DNA of 64,000 nucleotides from Camelus dromedarius (lineage: Eukaryota): contig NC_087437.1 in the NCBI RefSeq assembly GCF_036321535.1, forward strand, positions 27,902,001 through 27,966,000, written 5' to 3'. The translations under genes and the position numbers were made by a program. The first letter of the stretch is position 1. Each line of letters begins with the position of its first letter. Below, piece after piece: positions 12,561 to 24,253 of the stretch. The notes below the pieces were generated by a model. That model was not told the origin of the DNA. It did no database searches and worked only from the letters and a program-made list of their open reading frames with translations.

Positions 12561-15500
12561 GTAATTACCTCAGACTGAATGACTCTAAAGAGAAAATTTA
12601 ATTGTGTTTAATTATTTTTACTAAATATGAGAATACTTTTCTTCTTGATCTATCCATTTTAACAGGCTACCCTATTACAAACTAGAGAAGTTCTTTAAAT
12701 GATATCTTATTTGACTTCTTAGGATGCAGTAAGAGTCCTGAAAACAAAACCCTTAACAAACAAAATAACACAGTTGGAAAAATTTAAGAAAGATGATTTT
12801 GTTTAAATCAAAGATATATTATTGGTTTCTGTTGACAGAATTGCTCAGAATAATGATTAAATATTGGCCAAAATGCTTTAATGTGTCCTGTGGCTTTTTA
12901 TTAGAATATAATTATTTGCAGAGTTTCACTAAAATTTTAAGGCATAATAAATCTATTGAGGAACAAACAATATTCTTTTCACATAGAAATAATACCACAA
13001 TATACTCCCTGGTGCCTGCTCTATGATTTATAGATTCCAAGACTTACAGATAGGAAAGAACGCCACTTTCTTGCAGGACAGGAATCTTGGAGATCTTACA
13101 GAAAGAGAAATACCTCTGCATTTATAAGTACTGCAGTCAAAACCAAAGATGCGCTGGCTGTTTTATGAACCCAAGCCTTGCAATACACAGTTATAAGGGC
13201 AATAAAAGTACTTCTAGCAGATAAGAGTGATTAACGTATAGACCTCAGACCTTTACAAAGCCTCTGAAGAGAAATTAAATGTCCAGCTCTAGTTCATATC
13301 GCTCTTGTTATGTTAACCATATTAACAAGGACATTTCTGTTTATTAATTACAATAAGATAAATAAAATCAGCCAAATAAAACATCAAATTATTGACAATG
13401 AACTAGAAAATAGCTATACAAACATATGTGGTCAAAGCTCCACTTTATGTGGTAATGAAATTTGACCAGAAACAGGGACTAAGAGAGGAAAATGGACTGC
13501 TTGCTCTGCTGCCTTTTTGACTAAGCACCTCCCATAACAGAAAAAAAAGCAAGCTGTATCCACAGATTAAGCAGAAACATAATTTTAGAGCACTAGTTTC
13601 TAAGTAAGTTAAGCCTTGAGCCCTTTTGCTAAATTAACTCCCTGACTTTTGATAACTGAAAATATACAATGACCTTTGACCCTTGCACATATGAAAATCA
13701 AGAGAGTAAACTGCTATTTTCCCACTTTGAACAGACTAACTAGAAATGTGGTGATATTTTTAGTTTTTTTGGTCTTTACTTTAAGTACTTTTTGTGTTTA
13801 TTCTGATAGCTAATTATTCTGAAGTCATTTGTGCAAAACATTGCCAAGAGGAAAAAAAATTTTTTTTAATGGTTGGGTCCCTCTGAGTTTTTCTTTGATG
13901 GAGACCATGTGGTAAGTGGCACAGTATCACCCCGCAGATGCAGCAGGAACCAAAAAAGTTCTCTTCATTGCTTCAACTAAAATGTTTTACTCTGGGTTTG
14001 TCTTGTTTAGTTTTATAAATGTCTTATACCTTCACAGTGGATCATTTAATCCTTACTTCTGGGTTTTTCCATTGCATTAGTTTTAGTAAAATTCCTTGCT
14101 GAAAATAGATGCTTGGCTCAAATAAGATCCTTAACAAATGTTGGATCTATCCCAGTTCTAATGATGATAAATATTCATTTTGTGATCTTGCTGGGAAACC
14201 ATTTTTCTTAGCAGTTTTCAGTTTTCCAGGACATGTTTCTAAAATTTTAAGCTTGATTTTTGGTTCTACAGAAAAAGAGTCTGTAAGAAGAATGAGATTG
14301 CAGATGATTTCCTCATTCTTTATGTGCACTAAAATCTTCAAGAGTAACATTAGTATGCTCTGGATCCAAAAAGAAAATTAAAACCATCTTTTCATTGGAA
14401 AAAAGGATAATCTGGGGGACTAGACTGCCTCTCAGTGGTTCATTTAACATTTACTTCAATTATAAAATGTTTTACAAAATAAAAAAACTAAAATTTGTAG
14501 TAAGAGATTTTTCCAGTACTTTGACTTCAGTGATTTCCTAAGAGTAATAGTAATGTAAATTATCTTGTGTTATGTGTGAGCATATTCTCATTGAAACCAT
14601 GATATGTTATAAAAAGAGTTTCATCGTCTTCTTTCCCTGAAGCAGGAATGAATGAGGCTACATGCCAAAGAGGCATTGGTATACTGTGAAGATGGTCAAG
14701 CGAGGCTGAGAGGAGGGCACTATTAGGGAAAATCTCACTTCTCTGAACATTTTTTGTTCTGGGTCCAGACACTACTAAGATTTTTTTAATATATATGTTT
14801 TGGTATCCTGACAGTAAACCACAAATCAGCTAAAAGTTTACTTTGAGAGTCCCACCTATTAAGTTGGCTTAATTCAATTTTGAGGGTGTGTATGTCTAGA
14901 AGCCAGAAACTTCTAGAAAGACAGAGACAAAAAAAATTTGTTTTCAGTCATCAAAGAATTCATTATAACAAAGAGAATTTTTACTTTACTTTGGTCCCCT
15001 TAATATTAACAAGCATTTCTTGACTCACTGAATAATCAAAATTGTCAACTATTTCTCCTTTTTGTGTGTGAATCTACAATTTGCTGAAAGATGTTATGTA
15101 ATAAAGTGGAAAAAACAGGTTTCAAAACCTGGGGTTGCTTTATATTGGGTGAGGACTCACAGTGTGATGTTTGACTGAGGTTTTGAAAACATGCCCTAAA
15201 CTGATTTATGATCTTAGAGGCATAATTTATTCAAGACTGTCAATGGTTAGAAGTTCCAAGATAGACTTAAGTGAACTGGAAGGAAGCAACAGTGTTGAAA
15301 AGATAATCTTATTTAAGCCTTTACAATTTCACTATAATAAAAGTTCTAGAATTTGAACAAAAAAGGTGTTGTATAAAAGGGCTAGGAAAAAAGAAATGCA
15401 GTGAGTAATTATTTACCAGGTACACTTTTTGGCACTGAGAATCAGTAGATTAGAAACAGGTAAATATTGGCAGAAGGCAGCCGGAGATCAATTATTGCTG

Positions 15501-15899
15501 CCTCTGACATCTAACATGGAACAAGGAATACCACATGGTGATGAGGGAAGGAAAAGTCAGAGAGGGAGAATCCTAATTTGACTGAGCAGTTTCCCAAGAG
15601 AAAATGAATTTTAAACTGTAAGTAACTGAGTTTACCCTGAATTAACAAGACTAAAATTCTCCCTTATGGGCAATTATGCATGAATAAGAGCTAAATAAAG
15701 TTTTATTACAGCAAACAGAGTTACATTTTTGAATATTGAGCCTTGTGCAATAAATTTACTTCTGCTACAAAATATCTGGATTTTTGGAAGAGGAATCAGC
15801 ATATAGTTCATCAGAAAGGGCAAAGAGCTAGATGACATCACACAGAAAGTTCAAAATAGAAGACAATTGAATAGGAAAATAGAATCTTGGGGTTCCAAA

Positions 15900-16230
15900 T
15901 GAAGGAATCAGGATAAGCTAACCCAAAATACACCACTGGGGTATAAGGTTTATTTTGAGCTGAAGGTAACTGAGAAACGGCAGATGTTTCTCTGTGCTCC
16001 TCCACCTGCCTATAATCAGGACAGACATGTCCCCTAAGAAAAGTGCCCTCTTTGTACCAGGAAGAGGAGAGCATTCTTACACTGGAGATGAGTCTACACA
16101 GAGATGAGTCTGTATAAACCACCTTACTAAAGTATCTTTATCCTTCATTATTTCTCCTCCAATATAATTTCCAGTCATTTCCTCACAATTTATAAGCCTT
16201 AGAAGCTTAATTATTTGGGAACACAGCACA
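15900..16230 (+). mobile_element. ERV1 LTR (MER34/MER39-like), partial
   Basis: Starts TGAAGG...CCCAAAATACACC...ATAAGG.TTATTTTGAGCTGA and shares CCCTCT.TGTACCAGGAAGAGG with the LTR at 20011..20486. Confidence 0.65.
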
Positions 16231-17339
16231 ATTATGAAAAATCTTAAATTGTCATAGAAATGTGATGACATGCATATGATTGAAACTCAGGAGAAATTTA
16301 TTGGGCTTTACAAGGAAACCATCTAATTACCAATTTAGACTATAGGTCTTCAGAGTTAAGATACTCTTTAGGCTTGGATTGGGTAAGACTTCATAAGGAA
16401 CTGCCAAATGCTTAGATAGTTGATTATTTGAAAGTACAAGCAAAAAAGATGTCATGGTTTGTAAAATTCATGTATGACCAAGAAAAAATTGTGTGCATTA
16501 CTAACAGAGACTCTGATTTAACTATTTACTGTTGGTATGTTCCCAAATAGTTTTGCCTGGATGGGAAACAAAGACAACCATGGCCATCATCAAGTATCAA
16601 AATCTCATTATGAGGCACCCACTGAACAGTACATATTGAACTTCCCATGTTTAATCTATATGACTCTGATTAAGACTTGAAAAACCCACCCTATAGGTCA
16701 CATTTTTTTTGGCTGCACTGTGTCTAAATAAATAATTATACTCTTTTAATAGTCAACTGTATCTGCATTATAACAGGCATTCACTTTAGTCTATCTAGAT
16801 ATACTGGAACTGGAGGGAACTTGCATCCCAAAGTTAATTGAATGAAGTTGAATTTTTTGAAGTTCTATCTATAAATGCCATATTTGTTTGTCTATTAATT
16901 CAATGATTTTCTTTTCTACATCATCCTTCTAATCAAAGCCAGTTAACAAAACATTTTGCATCAAATTTATAGCTTGAGTACCTGGGTGCATATTGGTTAC
17001 TTTTACTTATAAAAAATTACTTACAAAGAACATTCTACTTTATCAATAATCAGATTGTTGAATTTCTAAATCCAGACTTCGTTTATACTGGAAATTTAGA
17101 GCTGACTGAGATGGTGGGCATCATTATGGAGAGTACCAAAGAAAAAGTAATGTAACAAATAGCATGTCTGTTTCCTAGGAAATGTGATTTTAAAGTATCT
17201 GAAATAACCCTTCTGTGAATAGGTCAGCAAGGTAGTCTATCAGAATAATATTAAGTTTGCTAGAATACCTCCTTTCAGTTGAGTTCAGTGCCAATATCAG
17301 CCTAAAAACTTAAGTTTGAAAGTTGTTTACAGGAATGCA

Positions 17340-19110
17340 TCCCTTGAGAAGCGCAAATCCAGCTGAGTTTTTCTCTTACCTTGATAGCCACGGGTGATCA
17401 GCATCAATTTGAGTGGGTCCTTCTCAGGGCAGTCAGTGACAGCCCATCTTTCCTCTGGAATACTTTCATGCAAGTGAGATCTCCTGGTCAACAGCGTGGC
17501 CGACTTTTTCTGGTGGGTCGTTCCAGGTCCTTATGACTCTATGTCTCAGGGTTTCTAGGAAAGACAGAAGCTCTTTTAAGTACTGGATGATTATGAGAGA
17601 ATTAAGTTAAATCAGGCACAGGTCATAGTCTCAGACCCAAATTCATAGGTACAACAATTATAAATTTAAGAGAATCTGCGCTTGCATGTAGGGGTCCCTC
17701 TAATTTTTAACAAAGCTAGCAGTAAAACTCTAAGCCTTTTTTATATAAGAGGTTGCAGAATCTTTGCCAATGAGTTTTTTTTTTTTTCAAGTTTGACTCA
17801 TTCACTCTACTTGTCCAGAGGAATGAGGCCTATAGGAATCTGCAAACATTTGTATAATTCCTGGACAACAGCAGAAATAAACGACTTCTAATGTGCTCTG
17901 ATGTGCCCAAAGTAGGAATTATGTGTACTGAGAGGCTTTACTGCTCCCTGGGTCACTCAGACACCACACCCATCATAACCAGACATAATCTTTTACCTTT
18001 TTCAGGCCTTAATTCAATGAAATTCAACTGACACCAGGTTCCTGGACAGTTGATTAGAGAAAATTTCCTGCACTTACTTTGGAAGTGGCCTCAAAGAATT
18101 CTGATACATAGCACATTTCTTTAATATTTTAAATAATTTCATCTTTTTTACTAGGCATAGTAAAAGTCTAGTTCCTTTAAAATCCCTCTTATTCGGATGA
18201 CTTTGGCACAATATTATTAACCAAATAGGGTATAGGAATTACTCTGTTGGGTCATTCCCATAGTCCAAATTTCTTTTAGCTCTTTTTATGGTCCATTTGT
18301 CCCTTTTATTTTGTGAAGCATATTTTTCAAAATGAACAAAAGCTTCTTCCAGTGGGTCTTCTAAGTTTGGAGCCTGCCGGAAATGAACAGCAGCTTGCGA
18401 AACTCCGTCAGCAGGATTACTGCCTTTAGAAATTTTGTCCTTCTGCCCTGTGTGAACTCTGCAATAAATCACTAATACTTGAGGAGGCAGTTGTAAAGCC
18501 TCTGACAAAGCAGCTATCAATTTCCCATGGAATACCTAAGCTCAGTTGATATAAAAAAATTGTCTTAAAAAAAATTTACCCTGGACCTTGGAACAAGACG
18601 GCGCAGCAGCGGCGTCTGTGAGGCGCGGGGGTCGTGGTCAGCGAGGTGTGTGGGGCGGGGCTGTGAGGCGCAGGGGGCGGGGTTGGTGAGGCACAGGGGA
18701 CGGGGTTGGTGAGGCGAGGACGACAGCGGCAGCAATGGTGAAGCCTGTGAGGGGTTTGGGTTTGGGCGGCTTCGGGGGCCCCAACACACGACGGACCAGG
18801 CTAAGCTCCACAGCCTTTTTCTGGGCCACCGACTGCCCCTATGGGACTGGGGCACCCTAGGAACCCTTAAAAAAATTTTTTTTACCCTGTTGGGTGACCA
18901 ATACTACGCATATATTTGGTAATATACAGACTCATTGTGAGTGAATAAACCAAGAATTACAGCTCTCGGAACTGCTATTAACTTACCTGCTTGTGTAGAC
19001 TTAATTCCAGATCAAAAAGAAAATAAGTAAAACCCCACCAAATCCCTCCAAACTTCCAAATTTCATAAGAAGTCACCGCAGCATAGCACCACTGCCAGTC
19101 TTACTTGCTC
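17340..19110 (-). mobile_element. Class I (gamma-like) ERV pol remnant: RNase H and integrase, disrupted
   Basis: Minus-strand motifs in pol order: GYAAVT, STQAGKLIAVPRA, HGKLIAALSEALQLPPQVLVIYCRVH...SKGSNPAD (RNase H); WCQLNFIEL, PYRPHSSGQVE, PGD..CMKV...AIKV...SWI (integrase). Many stops and frameshifts. Confidence 0.85.
18584..18865 (+). mobile_element. Unidentified CpG-rich insertion with target-site duplication
   Basis: About 280 bp with about 20 CpG, in AT-rich surroundings. Flanked by CTTAAAAAAATTTACCCTG (18564..18583) and CTTAAAAAAATTTTTTTTACCCTG (18866..18889). It interrupts the ERV RNase H. Confidence 0.75.
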
Positions 19111-20010
19111 AGTGCCTCATATCAGCTGGCGAGAAAGTCACGTGAACTACCCTGGGTAGCATCTCAGTGACATCAGCTTTGCTGGTGATCCGAATAGGAA
19201 GGTCTTGTTTTCTTCATATTAAGACAAGAAAAATGTAAATTAGATGGCACTTTGGTTTCCTTCCTGTGTTGACGTTTATCAACCTAACACCTTGTTCTTT
19301 TGCCTTTTGGCAAGTGACTATGCAGCAACTTCCCAATGTATTGCCTTCACTTAGGGCCAAAGGTTTCTCCAAGTTCTCAACCATCAGGCCTATTCATTAT
19401 GTCTGCTTTCCTAGCTACATGGCTTCTGGCTGAGAAGGGACTTGCAGAGGTAGATCTGAGCTAAGACGCAGACCTAAGTCACCAGGTGCACAAACTTGTG
19501 TCCTCAAACAGGGAACATAATTGATTACCAGTTGGAGAAGTTGTGACCTTCTGTCCCTCTCTACAGGGACATTGCCTAACAAAGGCAACTGCTGTCGTAA
19601 AGATCATTGCCTCCCCGTTCCCTGGAGTCAGTTTGAGGCTGGGACAATAAAGTGACACAGGAGGAGCAGAGGGAGAACGGACAGTAAGGAAGGAGGAGGC
19701 TTTTTATGAAATGACCAGTGCCTTGAAATCTCACATTTCTTCTTCCATTTTCCTCAATTTTTTTTTTCTTCTGGCTATCTAAATCATTTTTTAGGTTTTT
19801 TTTCCTTAGAATGATTTTTATCCCATAAATACCAATGATTCATTTACTTGAGATAAAGACTGTCTTAAAAACCCCAGCAAATATGTTAATTTATTCAAAT
19901 CAAAGGAAGCATCTTCAGGCAACTGCAAAACTGGATTCTCACACACACATTTCAAATGTGACAAAGATACTAACTTTTTAAGAGAAAGACCTATAGGCAG
20001 TATTCATGGC

Positions 20011-20486
20011 TGTAGGGGAGAAAAATTAACTTCCTCTCTATCCTTCTAGATTCTTAGCTGAGACCTCATGTGTAATAAAAGATTAACAGAGAAAATCAAA
20101 TAGAAGTTTAATAACATGTGTACCTCTTCTATCACGAGAGTCACCCAGGAAAATGAGTAAATCCCTTAAATGGCTCAAGCCTTTGCTTTAAGTACCCTCT
20201 CCAGATGCGGGGTGGTGGAGTAGACAGCCAGTTATGTTAGGTTACCAGAAAAAGTACAGTGAACAGGGTATGGCTGTTAAGCAGATTTAAGATAAGAGTT
20301 TCTAGAGATTTAGTCATCTGCCTCTTCCTGGTACAGAGAGGGAGATACCATTACAAGTGGAGATTTTTCTTGTAAATATTTCATACAAGAGGGGAACTTC
20401 TACTCAGTTTTCAGAGCATAATCAGCCTAAAATAATCCTTATGCCAAAAAGGCGTATTTTGGGGTGGCATGTTCTGCTCCCCTTCA
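20011..20486 (-). mobile_element. ERV1 solo LTR (MER34/MER39-like)
   Basis: TG...CA termini on the minus strand (TGAAGGGGAGCAGAAC ... CTCCCCTACA), about 476 bp, related to the LTR at 15900. Confidence 0.75.
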
Positions 20487-20729
20487 AGACATTTCATAAT
20501 TTCCAACCACATGGTAAGCCTGGCAGGATTTCAGAGCCCATGCTACCCATGCTTATTCCATAGTAAAGTCTTGAATTTGGAGCATCTGATTATCATTCCA
20601 AAAGAGCAAGAGCTAGAACAGAGACTTTTCTAATTCAGAATATCTTCCCTGACTATTGTGTGGCCAGAAACCTTCAGTGAGTACATCTAATTTAGGAACT
20701 CCCAGACATCCTGTTCTAGTCACCGGAAT

Positions 20730-21060
20730 TGGTAGAGAAATATAACTCAAAACAAAATCTCCTAACTCAGAAAACCTCTCCACAACAGTAAAAGAGAAGT
20801 TTTATTACTGACTAAGCATTAAAAAAGAACAAGGCATGTATTATAGATAGACAATCTGATAGAGGGATTGTAAAGAAAAAAGAAATCTCACCCAGAATCA
20901 ACACAGTATATACATATTTTCAAGATAAATAGTAACACTTTCCATGACGTTTTCTGTTATTTCACACCAAAAATATGGATAGACTTGTGATAAGGACTCC
21001 CTCCCCCTCCCTAAATGAACAAAATTACCATGTAATGCTCTGATAGGAGAGGATATCAAA
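20730..21060 (-). mobile_element. ERV1 LTR fragment, possibly the 5' LTR of the minus-strand provirus
   Basis: AACTCAAAACAAAATCTCC...GAAAACCTCTCCACAA is typical of an ERV1 LTR U5 read in reverse. It is followed on the minus strand by a decayed PBS-like CGGTGACTAG and lies upstream of the pol remnant. Confidence 0.45.
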
Positions 21061-21169
21061 AAAGTGCATGAAAACTCACTAATATTATTAGCTATTAGGC
21101 AAATACAAATTGAACAGATACTACTATACACCTATTAAAATGTCTAAAGTATCTAGAATTTTTAAAACA

Positions 21170-21960
21170 CGACCATATTGGATTCCATAGTATCAGTGGG
21201 TGTGCAATAATAGAAGCCAGGTGGCAGCACTTCATCAGCATAGAAAAGGACGTATCTACTCTGATGAACAGCAATGCCAAACTGGTCACTAGGGGGCTTT
21301 GACCCACAGAAATTAGTAATAATGGCCAAGAGACCAAGGAGTTCTGAGGGACAAGATTTGTGGGTAGCTCACAGGGTTTTTCTTGAATACCTATCTAGTT
21401 TCAGAAAAATAAAGATGAAGTAAACAGATAAAGACTGATGTTAGCTTCTCTAATAGGACATCATAATCCCTGATATATTGCTAGCTTAATTAACTACCTT
21501 TTAGATTCAAAACTATATATTGAAAGAGAGACTGAGTGATCTTTAGGAAGGACCCTGGGGTGCCACAGCTAGTGTTTGTATTGAGTAACGAATCTCCCAG
21601 TCCTTGCCCAAAGGGACATACAATTATTTGCTTGAATAGCTACACTGAGGAAAGGGAAATACCCAAATATTCTATGGGATGTTTGATATAGATTCTGAGC
21701 TGACACTCATATCGGGGGACCCAAAGCACCGTCATGGCATCGCCTTCCCCTGCTCACCACCCATTTACAGCAGGAAAACATAGGGATTAGGTAATAATCG
21801 GTGTTTTGTCTATCTTACAATGAGTTCAGTGGATTCATTTATACTCTCATTACTTATTCCTTCTTTATTGGATCATCATATAAATGAACATTCTTAACCA
21901 GAAGAACTCTCACTTTGATTCTCTGACCTATAGGGTAAAAAGTGATTGTCATAGGAAATT
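21170..21960 (+). mobile_element. ERV-L internal remnant (gag end and protease)
   Basis: 21649..21738 translates GKGNTQIFYGMFDIDSELTLISGDPKHRHG, matching the ERV-L protease pattern GKGN.QTF.GLLDTGSELTLIPGDP; upstream SQVAAL and RKDP motifs. Confidence 0.8.
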
Positions 21961-22074
21961 CACATCTTTGAGACAATGGGAAAAGAAGAGTTTAGCTGCC
22001 TACCTGGGGAAAAGATCAGGGCCAATGAGGAAAAGGAAATGCTGAGTGAGGCAGGGAAAATGGGAAGCATACCA

Positions 22075-22600
22075 AGTTATAATTTTACTTTTACTTATTC
22101 CTACTTCTATGCTTTTACTTTATGTAGATGTGAGTTCCTGACCTTATCTTTAAAGAACTTTTTAGCATTTCTTACAAGGCAGGTCTATTGGCAACAAATT
22201 CTCTCAATTTCTGTTTGAAAAGATATTTCTCCTTCACTATTGAATAATTTCAGGGTGCAGAATTCCAGGTTGGTGTTTTTTTTTTCTCTCTCTCAATATT
22301 TTAAATATCTCACTTCATTCTTTTCTTATTAACGTGGTTTCTTCTTATTTACATCAGAAGAGAAGTCAGAAATAAATCTTTTTTCCTCTATAAGTGAATT
22401 TTACTTTTTTCTTTCCCCTGACTTCTTTCAGATTTTTTTTTTAAAGCTTGATTTTCTGTAGTTTGAAAATTATATGCCTAAAGTGTAGTTTTTTGGGCAT
22501 TGTTCTTGACCAGTGCTTTCTGGATTTATTATTTGGTGTCTGACATTAGTTGAGGGAAATTCTCAGTCATTATTGTTTAAAATATTTCCTGATGTTTATT
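22075..22600 (-). mobile_element. Old L1 ORF1-end fragment
   Basis: TTTAGCATTTCTTACAAGGCAGGTCTATTGGCAACAAATTCTC is typical of the L1 ORF1 3' end in reverse. Confidence 0.6.
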
Positions 22601-23335
22601 TCATTGTCAATATTAGACAGTCTCAGAACATACAAATCTAAATTTCCACTTTTACTTTCTTAACTAAAAATATCTTGAACTTTCCTTAATTAAATTACTT
22701 ACTTTTTATGCTTCTGTGTATGCACAGACCTTTCTAAAAGTAAAAACAAGAAAAGGGGAGAAATTAATTTAAAGATTGGTTTAGTAATTGAGTGGCTTTT
22801 GCTTATTTGGGACAAAATACATTTTTTTTTTTCTGACTGGATGGAATTATTGCAGCACCATTATGTTTCTAAAAGAGAAATTAAATCTTTTCGTATGTCA
22901 AGAAGTCAGAAGTAATCATAGTTCTTGGTAAAGCTGTTTGAAAAAATATTCATGAAGATGCAATGATATGTTTAATTTATATATTGTGTTTGTCAGAAGA
23001 AACAGTATGGACTTTGGATCTGGTCAGCAGGAACTACTTAATCTCTGTGGTTCAGTCTCTTTACCTTGGAAGAAAACAGAAAATATAGTCTACATGTTCC
23101 CACCCCACATATGGATTGTATCTAGTAGATTGTATTGAAAGCCAGCAAAAGAACCTGACTATGGCTAGATTTATGGGAAAAACAAAAAACAAAAAACAAA
23201 AAACAAAAAACACACTACTATATTTTGGTAAGACTTTGGGAATAGTATTGAAATAAAAGGAAATCCATGGTATGACACTTTAAAATATATGGGAGCTGGA
23301 GCAGTTCTAGGGAAGAAAATAGTAGTAATTAGAGT

Positions 23336-23835
23336 TGTAAGAGGGAAGAATAAATCTGACTCCATATTAGATCTGTTCCTTTAGCTCTAACCCTGTGCTC
23401 TGTTGCCTGTGCTTAGTCATGCTGGTTCTGCACCTTTGGTAAAAAAATGTTGTGTATAGCCTGGAATATACAGAATAGCCCATTCTTAAAGCTCTGATCT
23501 CTAAAGGTATGATACTTTCCATTCACATAGAGATAAAAATCTGCAGAACAAAGAATAACATTTGTCTTGTTGGCGGTTTACTGACCTAAAGAGACAGCTG
23601 CAAGAACAAAGGATTCTGACACCAAGAACTTTGAAAAAACCAACCACAGCCCCTACCCTTTTAGTATAAAATTGGCCTGAATTCTGACTTGGGTAAGATA
23701 ATTCTCTAGGACATTAGTCCACCATCTTCTCAGTCTGCTGCCTTTCCAAAAGTTGTTATTCCTTGCCCCAAAACCTCGTTTCCTCATGTACTGGCTTGTC
23801 ATGCAGTGAGCAGAACGAGTTTGCACTCAGTAGCA
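23336..23835 (+). mobile_element. ERV1 solo LTR
   Basis: TGTAA...TAGCA termini, 500 bp, internal TATAAAA, near-perfect 4-bp flanks GAGT/GGGT. Confidence 0.75.
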
Positions 23836-23896
23836 GGGTGACTGCCAGGGTTTATTTAGCTGCAGGAATAAATCCTTCCAACTATTCTCATACTTT

Positions 23897-24206
23897 TTTT
23901 TCCTTAACTTTTTTTTATTGAGTTATAGTTATTTTACAATGTTGTGTCAATTTCCAGTGTAGAGCACAATTTTTCAGTTATACATGAACATACATATATT
24001 CCTTGTCACATTTTTTTCACTGTGAGCTACCACAAGATCTTATATATACTTCCCTGTGCTATACAGTATAATCTTGTTTATCTATTTTGCATATGCCTGT
24101 CAGTATCTACAAATTTTGAATTCCCCATCTGTCCCTTCCCACCACCCACCCTCTTGGCAACCACAAGTTTGTATTCAATGTCTATGAGTCTGTTTCTGTT
24201 TTGTAT

Positions 24207-24253
<47 letters not shown>

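Noticed and set aside
16250..17330. Possible env remnant downstream of the minus-strand integrase
   Set aside because: The position fits, but I could not find CXXC, furin-site or immunosuppressive-domain motifs.
18565..18855. Proline-rich minus-strand ORFs of 96 and 63 aa
   Set aside because: By-products of the G-rich tandem repeat insert, with non-ATG starts and no homology I recognise.
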